The notes below the pieces were generated by a model, which ran no database searches, was not told the origin of the DNA, and saw only the letters and a list, made by a program, of their open reading frames with translations. A stretch of DNA of 64,000 bases from Candidatus Poribacteria bacterium. GTDB taxonomy: Bacteria > Poribacteria > WGA-4E > PCPOR2b. Both the position numbers and the translations under genes were made by a program. This document shows, piece by piece, positions 20,770 to 31,266 of the stretch (position 1 is its first letter; the number at the start of each line of letters is the position of its first letter). The stretch spans positions 2,624,001-2,688,000 of the forward strand of contig OZ242351.1 in assembly GCA_965208675.1 (NCBI GenBank). Direction: 5' to 3'.

Positions 20770-21333
20770 ATGGTACTCATGATTGACAACTACGACTCAT
20801 TCACTTACAACCTCGTCCAATATCTCGGTGAACTGGGCGCGAATCTTGTTGTCCACCGCAACGACAAAATCACAATTGAACAGGTTGAAGACCTCGCACC
20901 TGAGAAGATTGTAATTTCCCCCGGCCCCTGCACGCCGCGTGAGGCAGGCATCTCCTGCGAGTTGATTCGTCGCTTTGCCGGCCGTTTGCCGCTGCTCGGC
21001 GTCTGCTTGGGGCACCAGTGCATCGGCGAAGCCTTCGGCGGCGATGTTGTCCGGGCAGAGCGGCTGATGCACGGGAAGACATCTATGATTCACCACGACG
21101 GCGAGGAAATTTTCGACGAACTGGAAAACCCGTTTGAGGCGACGCGCTACCATTCGCTCATCGTGAAAAAGGAGACGCTGCCAGACTGTCTTAAACTCAC
21201 GGCATGGACAGATCAAGACGAAATTATGGGAATCCGGCACAAGGAACATTCTATCTGGGGTGTGCAATTTCATCCGGAATCAATTCTGACACACGCCGGT
21301 AAACCGCTATTGCAAAATTTCTTGCAAATTTAA
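20770..21333 (+). CDS. trpG: Anthranilate synthase component II (glutamine amidotransferase; TrpG/PabA)
   Basis: [30 protein letters not shown] and QFHPESI. Confidence 0.94.
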   Translation: MVLMIDNYDSFTYNLVQYLGELGANLVVHRNDKITIEQVEDLAPEKIVISPGPCTPREAGISCELIRRFAGRLPLLGVCLGHQCIGEAFGGDVVRAERLMHGKTSMIHHDGEEIFDELENPFEATRYHSLIVKKETLPDCLKLTAWTDQDEIMGIRHKEHSIWGVQFHPESILTHAGKPLLQNFLQI

Positions 21334-21432
21334 CATGAAGCCTCTGAATGTTTCTGGATTTATCACCGTTTTTTTGGTATAGTATCATATACCTTTGTTA
21401 CCTAATCTTCCATTCAGTGACGGATTATACAG

Positions 21433-22836
21433 ATGCCGGACCTTAGCAACATTGATGAACACCTCGTTCAGAAATTATGGAATGATCGACGCTTTTTTGA
21501 CTTTGAGTTGAAGGCGACCGACGGACGTACTTTGCAAGTGCTGAAAACCGGGCAGTGGAATCATAACGAGGGACCCGACTTCGCTGGAGCCGAAATTCTA
21601 GTCAATGGGAAGTTGTTAACGGGTGATATTGAGATTCACGTTTCTTCATCCAATTGGTACGATCACAAGCACCATCTCGACTCAAAATATAACCGCGCCG
21701 TACTGCATGTAGTTTTTTGGGATGACGATATCAATCTGCGTACTCGGACTCAAAACGGTAATCGGATTCCGACGTTAGAACTGTCTCACCGGCTCGACAC
21801 ACCTTTGGTGGAACTAATCGACGAATACAAGAATCCGAAAGCGAATCGGCTGGAATGCCGAATAACAGGCAGAAGGCTGAAGATTGAACCGCTCAAGTCG
21901 GTTTTCGATCAACTCGGACAAGAGCGGCTCATTGCACATAAAGAGGCGATGCAAGCGCAGCGCGTCACGGTCGATTTTGAGCAGTTGCTCTACAGGGGAA
22001 TCATGGACGCGCTGGGGTACAAATTAAACCGCGAATCCTTTGGGGAATTGGCGTATCGAGTGCCCATCTCGCAATTGATGGGAAAGTCGAATGAGGAGAT
22101 TCAAGCTATACTGCTCGGGGTTGCGGGCTTGCTACCTTCGCAATGCGATCTGCTCTCGCCCTGCGAAGCTAATGAACCGTTTATTTCTCAGTTAGAAACG
22201 CTGTGGGCTGCTTCTGCGCAATACGAGAATTCCAATCGAATGTCGGGGCATGTATGGCGGTTCGGAAACACGCGGCCGCCGAACTTCCCCACTCGCCGCA
22301 TCGCTGCGATGGCTACGCTGATTAGTTCCCGAACGGATAGCTTGTTGGCGGAGTTCGTTTCCCACATCGAAGCCGCAGCAACGGCAAACAAAAAGGGTAT
22401 GCAACGAATACGCCGTAAGTTGCTCGAGTTATTGATGCTCCCCGCCGCCGGTTACTGGGCAAACCACTCTCGTTTTGGAAAAGGAATTGCAAAAAAGGGA
22501 ACAGTATTTATAGGAGAAGCTCGCGCTTCTAAAATCATCATTGATAAATTATTGCCGCTCGCGCTTGTATGGGCGGAAGAGTCGCAGAGTTCCAAATTGT
22601 CTGACGCGGTTCAAAAACTCTACGACCATCATCCAAAGATACAGAATGACCCTATCGCTGATAAGATTGCCGCCCGAATCTTCACCGAACAGCAGCCAAT
22701 TCAGAGCATCTCTCCCTCCGCAAAAAAGCAACAGGGCGCAATCTATCTCGACAAAAACTTCTGTGAAAGCCAACTCTGCGAACTCTGTCCAATCCTCAAC
22801 AGCGGCGCGGTGGACGAAGACGCCGCCAATCCTTAA
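21433..22836 (+). CDS. DUF2851 family protein
   Basis: G.WN...GPDF, GDIEIH, W..HKH..D..YN..VLHVV, RPPNFPTRRIA and C-terminal C-x4-C-xx-C. Confidence 0.85.
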   Translation: MPDLSNIDEHLVQKLWNDRRFFDFELKATDGRTLQVLKTGQWNHNEGPDFAGAEILVNGKLLTGDIEIHVSSSNWYDHKHHLDSKYNRAVLHVVFWDDDINLRTRTQNGNRIPTLELSHRLDTPLVELIDEYKNPKANRLECRITGRRLKIEPLKSVFDQLGQERLIAHKEAMQAQRVTVDFEQLLYRGIMDALGYKLNRESFGELAYRVPISQLMGKSNEEIQAILLGVAGLLPSQCDLLSPCEANEPFISQLETLWAASAQYENSNRMSGHVWRFGNTRPPNFPTRRIAAMATLISSRTDSLLAEFVSHIEAAATANKKGMQRIRRKLLELLMLPAAGYWANHSRFGKGIAKKGTVFIGEARASKIIIDKLLPLALVWAEESQSSKLSDAVQKLYDHHPKIQNDPIADKIAARIFTEQQPIQSISPSAKKQQGAIYLDKNFCESQLCELCPILNSGAVDEDAANP

Positions 22837-22843
22837 AGGCATA

Positions 22844-22948
22844 TAGGTTGGGTAAAGCGGGCACCACCGAATGCGCACATGACGCAATTAACCGCCGCGA
22901 ACACACAGCGACACTCTTGGCGAGAACCGTAAAGCGCAACCCAACCTA
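22844..22948. repeat. REP/REPIN-like inverted repeat (TAGGTTGGGT...ACCCAACCTA family)
   Basis: Terminal 10-bp inverted repeat. Related ends occur at 23413-23992, 24079-24142 and 53769-54053. Confidence 0.7.
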
Positions 22949-23659
22949 CAAAAATTAGATTAGGATAGCCTATAGACATTATTGCGCAGTCCAAGGGGAT
23001 TTGGTAAGGAGAATTGGAATGATAACGCTGCCGACAATTCAGTTTTTGATGGGAGCGGCACCGCTAGGTGTCTCACCCTTTTTTTTTCAGGGTGAAATCA
23101 GGAAGACAATGGAAATTGGGTAATTTCCGGTCGATCCGAGGTTGGTGGTTACCTTTTTTCGAGATGCACCGGCCCGCTTGTGGTGCGGGTTCATTGAAAT
23201 CGTGAGGTAACCAAAAGGTAACCAAGAAAAAAGATCTTTACCTCTATTGAGCCGCTTAACATGCTAATATATTAGCATAGTTTATAGGAGCAATTTAAGC
23301 CTTTCGCTGGCAGCGGATCGAAAGGTATGTCGAGGCAATCGAGGCGCGAAAAGGGCGGTGCGTTTCCCGGAAGAGTTAGGCAATGAGGGATTTTCAATCT
23401 AAAGGAATGTTGATTGGGTTAAGCGGCCGAGCATGGAGTGAACAAGCGAGCGAATAGGGCGTGCGATAGTCTTCTCAAAAAAATCCTCCCCCTTGACAAG
23501 GCGGGATCAACCGACCGAATAGGATCAACTGAGCGGATAGCCAAGGCGATAATTTGCCGGCTGCCGCGATAGTTTTCTTGAATAGTCTTCTCCGTAACCG
23601 CCACCAGTAAACGATTCCAAATGAAATGGCGGAAGCTAGGGTAAAGAGGAGGTGAAGCC

Positions 23660-23890
23660 ATGAAGATGATTCTGCTTATTCTTATGACTGTTTCATGTCT
23701 TGCTTGTAACATGCCGCAAGTGATGATGTACGGGCTTGGCGGTTTCATAGGCGGATCGATTGCGCTAAACGTCCTTTCAAAAGACGATAAGCTACAATGC
23801 GATGTCTGCCGCAAATATGACTTAGGCAAAGCCGACAAAGAAGGTAGTTTTGTTTGCAAGTCGTGTAAACAACAGTCTGAGAATAAATGA
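23660..23890 (+). CDS. Small putative lipoprotein with a glycine-rich hydrophobic helix and a CxxC-x15-CxxC zinc ribbon
   Basis: Strong GAGGAGGTGA RBS, LAC lipobox-like site, GLGGFIGGSIA, and CDVC...CKSC. Confidence 0.65.
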   Translation: MKMILLILMTVSCLACNMPQVMMYGLGGFIGGSIALNVLSKDDKLQCDVCRKYDLGKADKEGSFVCKSCKQQSENK

Positions 23891-24187
23891 GACAATGAAA
23901 GGGGAGGATATTACTAGGGTAGACAATCGCCTTCGCTATCCGCTCAGTTGAACCCTTCCTTTTCTGTCGGTTGATGGCTCAACCCAACCTACAAAAACAT
24001 GTGGATTACCTGTTCTCGGAAACCCATGGCGTTACATTGGGTTCAGCGTTTATTCGGCAGGTGGAAGGTTGTAAAAGCGTTGGGTTTCGCAGAAGACTAT
24101 CGCCTTCCCTATTCGGTCAGTTGATCGCTCTACCCAACCTACAAGACTATCGCCTTCGCTATTCGGTCAGTTGATCCTACAAGAACT

Positions 24188-24357
24188 GACTCCGTTTGAA
24201 TGTTGAACTTTAACTTATCGAAAAACCTCACCCTACCCGACTCGTCACCAACAGCAATATACTAGTCATTCGGTGACCAACGAGGCTTGTGATCCCCGAT
24301 GTCAGAGCGGCTTCATGAACCGCCCGAGAACGGCGTCGGCCTTGCAATTGCCAGACG
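24188..24357 (-). pseudogene. Degenerate 170-bp copy of the 3' end of the WD40 gene (31245-31417)
   Basis: Colinear nucleotide match with substitutions and small deletions, including the stop codon and 3' flank. Confidence 0.85.
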
Positions 24358-24656
24358 CAGACTAGATGGTTAAAACCTCTCCCGCTATTATCCAATGCTT
24401 GATGGACACTGCCTGTTATACTGCTTAAATGTACAAAGTCGAGCTTAGCGCAAGACTGAATTGACTGCGAGAACTTTTTCGGGTATCGGAGAGCCTTGCG
24501 AAAATTTGGAAAGGCTCAGGGACGGTTATAAATCGAAAAGTTTGATTCTCTCAATCTTTTACGATATTCTTAATACCATATTAATCTTCAAGCAGTTAAA
24601 GCATTTCTCTGTTTACAGAGGGGTCCAAAACTGGAGCGATTAGTGAGGAGGGGCCT

Positions 24657-25475
24657 ATGCCAGTTTTTGACGCAGAAGCCTTAGAATTTTGGGAAGAGAA
24701 TGGTTACGTCGTTGTACCGGAGGCGGTACCACTTGAAAATTGCCGCGCTGCAGAACAAGCCGTCTGGGATTTTCTTGAAATGGACCGCGACAATCCAGAC
24801 AGTTGGTATCCCGATCCACCGCGCGGGAGCATCATGGTGGAGATTTATCAACACCAAGCGTTGTGGGACAACCGCCAATACCCCCGTGTCCACCAGGCGT
24901 TCTCGGAAATTTGGGAGACGGAAAAACTCTGGGTTAGTTTTGATCGTGGGAGCATGAATCCGCCTGAACGTTCGGATTGGAAGTTCACCGGTCCTTACTT
25001 ACATTGGGATATGTCGTTGGATGATATGCCGGTACGTTTGAAGGTGCAAGGTGTTTTGTATCTGGCAGATACGCCGGGTAATCAGGGTGCATTCACCTGT
25101 ATTCCGGGATTTCATCGGAAGTTGGAGAAATGGTTGGAGGACTTACCTGATGACGTGAACCCGCGGGAAGTTGTCCGAGAATACCAAGCAGAAGCGGTGC
25201 CGGTTGCTGGGAAAGCCGGCGATCTGGTTATCTGGCATAGTGCATTGCCGCATGGAAGTAGTCCGAACTCCGCTGAGCGTCCTCGTATGGCGCAATATAT
25301 CACGATGTCGCCTGCGCCAGAGAATGGCAATCCTGAGTCCCGAATTAAAGGGTGGCGCGAGCGCTTGACGGGACTCGGAAAAGAGGCGAAAGAGAAGGAG
25401 CATCACCACGGTGAAACAGCGGAATTGACACCTTTAGGAAAGAAGCTTCTCGGACTTGAATCATGGGTTACTTAA
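24657..25475 (+). CDS. Phytanoyl-CoA dioxygenase (PhyH) family Fe/2-oxoglutarate protein
   Basis: FWEENGYVVV, the HWD facial-triad motif, GFH, and AGDLVIWHSALPHGS...R.AQY. Confidence 0.9.
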   Translation: MPVFDAEALEFWEENGYVVVPEAVPLENCRAAEQAVWDFLEMDRDNPDSWYPDPPRGSIMVEIYQHQALWDNRQYPRVHQAFSEIWETEKLWVSFDRGSMNPPERSDWKFTGPYLHWDMSLDDMPVRLKVQGVLYLADTPGNQGAFTCIPGFHRKLEKWLEDLPDDVNPREVVREYQAEAVPVAGKAGDLVIWHSALPHGSSPNSAERPRMAQYITMSPAPENGNPESRIKGWRERLTGLGKEAKEKEHHHGETAELTPLGKKLLGLESWVT

Positions 25476-25585
25476 ACACGGTAGGTGCGGTTTCCTAACC
25501 GCACCGAGTCTCCGTAAAAACCTATGCATCGGAATATCTCAAGGATTCCCTAACCCCTTAGAAATGTTATAAGGAGAACCTTCTC

Positions 25586-26875
25586 GTGACAGATTTATTG
25601 GCAGCACGCGCACAGATGGCGATGTCGCTCGCATTTCACATTATTTTTGCGGTGATCGGTATAGCGATGCCGCTGCTAATGGTGATTGCGGAAGGGCTAT
25701 GGCTCAAAACGCGAGAAGAGGTTTACCTGACGCTTGCGAAGCGGTGGGCAAAAGGGACGGCGATTATGTTTGCTGTCGGCGCGGTCTCTGGCACCGTTTT
25801 GTCTTTTGAACTCGGTTTGTTGTGGCCCAATTTTATGGCTTACGCTGGTCCGATCATCGGCATGCCGTTTTCATTGGAAGGGTTTGCATTCTTCCTGGAA
25901 GCGATCTTCTTAGGGCTTTACCTCTATGGCTGGAACCGTATTCCAAAATATGCCCACTGGTATGCTGGGATGATGGTGCTGATCGGCGGCACCTTGTCCG
26001 GTATTTTTGTTGTCACCGCGAATGCATGGATGAACACGCCTACCGGTTTCTCTATTGTCAATGGAGAGGTGACGGATGTCGATCCGATTGCGGCAATGTT
26101 GAATCCCTCCTCGTTTAGCCAAACACTTCACATGACTATCGCTGCTTTTCTGACAGTCGGATTTGCGGTGGCGGGCATTCACGCCTATTTTCTGCGACGT
26201 GATCCCGACAACCTTTTCCATCGCCGTGCGTTTGCGATTGCCCTGAGTGTTGGCGGTGTGTTCGCACTCCTGCAACCGATTTCGGGTGACATCAGTGCCA
26301 AGAAGCTGGCGAAACACCAACCTATCAAGCTTGCGGCGATGGAGGCGCAGTGGGAGACCGAACGCGGGGCACCTTTACGTATCGGTGGTATTCCTAACGA
26401 GGACACTGAAGAGACTCGATATGCGCTTGAAATTCCGAAGGCACTTAGTTTTCTTGCGTACTCTGACTTCAACGCTGAAGTTATGGGGCTTAAGGCGGTG
26501 CCACCGGAAGACCGTCCGCCTGTGGCGATTGTGCATTTCGCATTTCAAATTATGGTAGCGTGCGGGATAGTGCTGATTGCCGCTGCTGTTATCGGTGGTT
26601 GGCTCGCGTGGAAACATAAAAGACTACCGGATCAACGTTGGTATCTTCGGTTCGTTACGTTCTGTACACCGCTTGGGTTTATCGCGATTGAGGCAGGTTG
26701 GACGGTCACAGAGGTTGGACGGCAACCGTGGATTATTTATAATTACATGCGAACCGCTGAGGCGGTAACCTCAATGCCGAACCTCGTCGTTCCCTTTCTC
26801 GGTTTTACGGTACTTTATATTTTCCTCTCTATTATCGTTGTTATCCTATTACGTCGTCAGATATTTTTAAGCTAA
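25586..26875 (+). CDS. cydA: Cytochrome bd ubiquinol oxidase subunit I (short Q-loop type)
   Basis: AFHIIF, FAVGAVSGT, EGFAFFLEA, ANAWMNTP, QPIKLAAME and GWTVTEVGRQPW. Confidence 0.95.
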   Translation: MTDLLAARAQMAMSLAFHIIFAVIGIAMPLLMVIAEGLWLKTREEVYLTLAKRWAKGTAIMFAVGAVSGTVLSFELGLLWPNFMAYAGPIIGMPFSLEGFAFFLEAIFLGLYLYGWNRIPKYAHWYAGMMVLIGGTLSGIFVVTANAWMNTPTGFSIVNGEVTDVDPIAAMLNPSSFSQTLHMTIAAFLTVGFAVAGIHAYFLRRDPDNLFHRRAFAIALSVGGVFALLQPISGDISAKKLAKHQPIKLAAMEAQWETERGAPLRIGGIPNEDTEETRYALEIPKALSFLAYSDFNAEVMGLKAVPPEDRPPVAIVHFAFQIMVACGIVLIAAAVIGGWLAWKHKRLPDQRWYLRFVTFCTPLGFIAIEAGWTVTEVGRQPWIIYNYMRTAEAVTSMPNLVVPFLGFTVLYIFLSIIVVILLRRQIFLS

Positions 26876-27022
26876 TGTCAAGCGTTAATCACGATTATTG
26901 GTTAAACAACATTTCTTGGATAAGTTCCGCAGGACTCCGATGTTGTCCTGCTGCTTGCACTTCAATAGATTGTTGCGGCGAACCTACTTCCAGGCACCCA
27001 CCGACACGTCGAGAAAACTTTC

Positions 27023-28063
27023 ATGTTGAGTCTTGAATTCTGCATTGCATGTGTAATGCTTATTTCCCTGATTATCTATATGTTGACAGGTGGTGCTGAT
27101 TTTGGCGGTGGCATCTGGGATCTGTTTGCAACAGGTCGCCGTGCGAACGCACAACGCTCGCTTATCGCACACGCGATTGGACCCATCTGGGAAGCAAACC
27201 ATGTCTGGTTGATTGTGATTGTCGTTCTACTTTTCGTGGCGTTTCCTGTTGCATTCGCTGCAATTAGTACGGCTTTACATATTCCATTGACATTTATGCT
27301 CATCGGTATTGTGCTTCGCGGCACGGCGTTTGTGTTTCGCACCTATGATGTTCAATCGGATGTAATACACCGCCGTTGGAGCCGAGTATTCGCTGTGGCA
27401 AGTGTTATTACGCCTGTGATGTTAGGGGTTACGTTGGGCGCGGTCGCGTCCGGTACGATACACGTTGACGTGGCGAGTGGACAGGTGGACACAGATTTCA
27501 TCTCGGCATGGTTTGCGCCGTTTCCGTTTGCAAACGGGTTCTTTACCTTGACGCTTTGTGCGTTGCTTGCGGCGGTGTATCTCACCCTTGAGACTGAGGA
27601 CACAGAATTGCAGGAGGATTTTCGGCGACGTGCTCTCATCTCGGCAGTGAGTGTCGGTGCGATGGCAGGACTGAGTTTTATCTTGTCTGCGGAGGGTGCG
27701 CCGGCAATTCGACGCGGACTCGGTAGCGCGTCTTGGTCGATCCCGTTTCATATTTTAACGGGCGCGATGGCACTGTGGGCGATCTGGACAATTTGGAAGC
27801 GCCAATTTCGCCTCGCGCGTATCCTCGTTCCGATACAGGTTACGCTCATCGTTTTCGGTTGGGGGCTGGCACAGTATCCGTATCTTGTCACACCGGACTT
27901 AACCTTTTCAAATACGGCTGCACCGGATACAGTGTTGCGTCCGTTGTTGATTGTACTGATTGCGGGGGGTGTGCTGTTGGTGCCTGCTTTCTGGTATCTT
28001 TACGCTGTGTTTAAGGGTGCAGCTCGGCAGGCGGGGCAAACCAAAGAAGAGAATGATCCTTAA
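27023..28063 (+). CDS. cydB: Cytochrome bd ubiquinol oxidase subunit II
   Basis: GADFGGG, IGPIWEANHVWLI and LRGTAFVFR. Multi-TM protein that follows cydA. Confidence 0.93.
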   Translation: MLSLEFCIACVMLISLIIYMLTGGADFGGGIWDLFATGRRANAQRSLIAHAIGPIWEANHVWLIVIVVLLFVAFPVAFAAISTALHIPLTFMLIGIVLRGTAFVFRTYDVQSDVIHRRWSRVFAVASVITPVMLGVTLGAVASGTIHVDVASGQVDTDFISAWFAPFPFANGFFTLTLCALLAAVYLTLETEDTELQEDFRRRALISAVSVGAMAGLSFILSAEGAPAIRRGLGSASWSIPFHILTGAMALWAIWTIWKRQFRLARILVPIQVTLIVFGWGLAQYPYLVTPDLTFSNTAAPDTVLRPLLIVLIAGGVLLVPAFWYLYAVFKGAARQAGQTKEENDP

Positions 28064-28156
28064 CGTGAATGGGCTGAAAACGCCATTCCGATTCTACTCG
28101 GCATCGGTTAAATAACCGGCTCTTCAGAGTTAAGTGTGGAAAATGAAATTAACTTA

Positions 28157-28919
28157 AAGCCTGTTTGAAAAGTCATTTGATTCGGTTTCGCAACAAGTAA
28201 ATGGAAGCGATGTACACCATAGTCTCAGCAGTCTTAGGATAGCGTTCATAATCCAAAGTCAATCGACGAAACCAACCAAGCCAAGAAAATGTGCGCTCAA
28301 CAATCCATCGTAACGGAACAGCTTCAAACCCCTGCTGCCCTAGCGTAGATGCAATCTTTAGTTCACACTGATGAGCAAGATATAACCAGTCTTCTAATTC
28401 TCCGCGATAGGCGGCATCGGCACACACCAACTGAATGGTTATGTACCAGTCAAATACTTCGGTTAGTAACTCAATAGCTATCTGATTGTCACTGACATTC
28501 GCGTCAGTGACTTTGACCATCAATGGAATCCCCGTCGTGTCTGTTACCAGATGGCGTTTGCGTCCTTTGACCTTCTTGTGACCATCAAATCCTCGAGTCG
28601 CCGCCAGTTCCGTCGTCTTAACGGATTGGCTGTCAATGATAGCTGCTGTCGGTGATGGTTGTTTGCCATCATCACAACGTGTTTGTTCGCGAAGTGCCTG
28701 ATGAATCAAGAGCCATGTATCGTCGGCTTTCCACTTCCTAAAATGGTAATAGACGGTTTGCCACGGTGGCATATCGTGGGGCAGCATTCGCCACTGGCAC
28801 CCGGACTTGACGACATAAAAGATAGCATTGATGATTAAGCACATCTCCCATTTTAGAGGTCTGCCTAAGGGTTGAGATGTTGGCAGAAACGAGGACAGTT
28901 TCTCCCATTGTGCTTCGGT
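28157..28919 (-). mobile_element. 5'-truncated IS5-family (IS1031-like) element; transposase fragment at 28173-28844
   Basis: One terminal repeat AAGCCTGTTTGAAAAG preceded by TTA. The transposase is closely similar to 50666-51442. Similarity stops near 28919, so the start codon and second IR are missing. Confidence 0.88.
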
Positions 28920-29064
28920 TTATACGCGCGTGGACAAAGTGTTCCTCACGAACCACACGGCGTTCCTCCGAATAAGAAATCGGAAGATTAACACGGAAAC
29001 AGATTAGCCAACTCGATCTAAAGCGGTTTCGTTCCGACTTGTTTTTTTAGTTGTGGGGACAATC

Positions 29065-30753
29065 TTAGGTAAGCAACGGTATTAGCCATCGCCTCGCCGT
29101 ATCGATGTCCATACCGGTGCGTTCTGCATAATCTGCAACCTGATCCTCCCCGATCCTGGCGATACTGAAATATCGAGACTCTGGATGCGCGTAATACCAT
29201 CCACTCACAGACGCTGCTGGGAACGTCGCTAGATTCTCCGTAAGCGTAATTCCCGTGTTCTCTGTTACTTTCAACAAATCAAACAGCGTCCGTTTTTGGT
29301 TGTGATCCGGGCAGGCAGGATACCCCGGTAACGGACGGATGCCTGGGTATCTTTTGGCGATCAGGGCATCGTTATCCAACGCCTCATCGACGGCATACCC
29401 CGAAAGCGTTTCGTGCATCTTCTCCTCGAACGCCTCTGCTAACATGTCAGCCAACGCCTGCGCCATAATACGGTTATAATCGTCCTGTTCCCGCTCGAAT
29501 TCAGCACAGAATTCGGGGACACCGTATCCCGTCGTCACCGCGAAGGCACCGATATAATCTGGCAATGCTGTCGCTTTCGGCGCGATGAAATCACCGAGAC
29601 TGAAGTTCGGTCTGTTAAACGGCTGTTCCGTCTGTTGACGTAGGTGGTGTAGTGTAGCGATGGGTTCCGTCCGCGCTGCGTCGGCATAGATTTCGGTGTC
29701 TTCGCCGACACCATTGGCCGGGAAAAGCCCAACGACAGCGCGTGCTTGAAATCTTTTCTCTTCGATAATGATACGCAAAAGTGCTTCCGCATCTTTGAGG
29801 AGTTTGCGCGCCTCCTCGCCGACCTGCGGATTTTCCAATATATTTGGATACTTACCCCGGAGTCCCCAGATTGTGAAAAACGGACTCCAGTTGATGTAAT
29901 CAACGAGTTCCGACAGAGGGTAGTCGTCAAAAACCTTAATCCCTATCATAGACGGTTCAGGTGGCTGATAATTCTGCAAACCCGGTGTGAATTTCCGCTC
30001 TTGTGCGACACTGAACGGTAGCAAGTTCACCCGCTTTCGGTTCTTCGTACGCCGCACGCGGATATTGGCGTATTCTTCACGCGTCTGCGTCATGAACGCC
30101 TCCTGCCTTTCGTCGCTCATCAAGTTGCTGACAACACCGACGCTTTGGGATGCATCCCTCACATAGATTGTTGGACCGTTATAAACAGGTTCAATTTGGA
30201 CAGCCGTATGTACTTCTGTAGTGGTAGCACCGCCGATGAGTAGTGGGATACGGAATCCTTCACGTTCCATCTCTTCAGCAACATACTTCATCTCATCTAA
30301 CGAAGGCGAGATGAGTCCACTTAATCCGATCATATCGGCGTTTTCTTTCCGCGCGGCTTCAAGAATCTCGTCTGCAGACACCATCACACCGAGATCAATG
30401 ACTTCATAGTTGTTACACCTAAGCACAACTCCGACGATGTTCTTTCCGAGGTCGTGCACATCACCCTTCACCGTTGCTATTACGATTTTGCCTCTTGATT
30501 GGACATCACCTTCCGCTTGTTCCTTCTCAATGTCCGAAATGAGATGCGCAACCGATTTTTTCATGACCCGCGCGCTTTTGACAACTTGTGGCAGAAAAAT
30601 CTTACCCTCGCCAAAAAGTTCACCGACACGGTTCATAGTGCGTGCTTCCTTTGCAAGTGTCTTGAGTACTGTTAATTTTTCTTCTAGCGGCATTTGCTGA
30701 ATTAGATCAATAACCTGTTCAGTTGTTAATTCGAGCGTTAGACTCATGCACAT
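29065..30753 (-). CDS. metH: C-terminal half of cobalamin-dependent methionine synthase (partial cap, B12-binding and SAM-reactivation domains) fused to an unrelated ~38-aa N-terminus
   Basis: [51 protein letters not shown] and [13 protein letters not shown]. The homocysteine- and folate-binding domains are absent. Confidence 0.8.
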   Translation of the reverse strand: MCMSLTLELTTEQVIDLIQQMPLEEKLTVLKTLAKEARTMNRVGELFGEGKIFLPQVVKSARVMKKSVAHLISDIEKEQAEGDVQSRGKIVIATVKGDVHDLGKNIVGVVLRCNNYEVIDLGVMVSADEILEAARKENADMIGLSGLISPSLDEMKYVAEEMEREGFRIPLLIGGATTTEVHTAVQIEPVYNGPTIYVRDASQSVGVVSNLMSDERQEAFMTQTREEYANIRVRRTKNRKRVNLLPFSVAQERKFTPGLQNYQPPEPSMIGIKVFDDYPLSELVDYINWSPFFTIWGLRGKYPNILENPQVGEEARKLLKDAEALLRIIIEEKRFQARAVVGLFPANGVGEDTEIYADAARTEPIATLHHLRQQTEQPFNRPNFSLGDFIAPKATALPDYIGAFAVTTGYGVPEFCAEFEREQDDYNRIMAQALADMLAEAFEEKMHETLSGYAVDEALDNDALIAKRYPGIRPLPGYPACPDHNQKRTLFDLLKVTENTGITLTENLATFPAASVSGWYYAHPESRYFSIARIGEDQVADYAERTGMDIDTARRWLIPLLT

Positions 30754-30852
30754 TACCTTCTGTCTGTCAAACTGTAGATTTCCTCTTTTGGAAACTTTGT
30801 AGATGAAAGCCTGCTTGAATAATTGGTAGCAAGGTCATTTGTAGGAAGTCAT
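30753..30852 (-). pseudogene. Remnant of a four-helix-bundle (23S rRNA IVP / Avd-like) gene
   Basis: Broken reading MTSYK.DL ... [13 protein letters not shown], resembling the family's FPKEE.YSLTDQ motif. Confidence 0.45.
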
Positions 30853-30871
30853 GTATTAAGTGTTGGCTGCT

Positions 30872-31003
30872 ACATACCTGCGCCCCGCTGGGGCTTGGGG
30901 CAACGGGGTTTCGAAGTTTCTACACACCTTCCGCCCCGCTGGGGCTGTTAGAGGCCGGTGCGCAGGGCGCACCCTACAAATGTACTTTTCAAACAGGTTC
31001 TTA
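30872..31003. repeat. REP cluster (CGCCCCGCTGGGGCT x2) ending in a solo IS5-like end TTTTCAAACAGGTTC-TTA
   Basis: Two identical 15-bp palindromic units. The terminal sequence matches the IR plus TTA of the IS at 50572-51458 with one mismatch. Confidence 0.6.
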
Positions 31004-31266
31004 GGACTTACGCAGTCGATCGCTCAAATCTGCCTAATCCGACAGTAGGGAATAACGATCGTTATTCCCGACAAAAGCCTTTACTCCTTAATTTTCGTTC
31101 ATAACTGTCTAAACATTGGAGGTAACTTAAATGCCAGACAGGTCATTGTGCCTTAAACAAAATTTTGTCTACTACCAAATCGGTTAAGGCAAACTGCTCA
31201 GACAAATCGACCGCATACTGACCGAAGTAAGAACTCGGGCAACCGACTCCGTTTGAATGTTAAACT

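Noticed and set aside
23900-24180. CRISPR array
   Set aside because: Only 2-3 variable repeats with irregular spacing, made of REP and micro-element sequence, and no cas genes.
28066-28120. Possible thiolase-like N-terminal relic (ENAIPILLGIG*IT) after cydB
   Set aside because: Too short and interrupted to support a call.
30753-30852. Diversity-generating retroelement suggested by the Avd-like fragment and the paralog array
   Set aside because: The fragment is broken, there is no RT, and no template/variable repeat pair differing only at adenines was seen.
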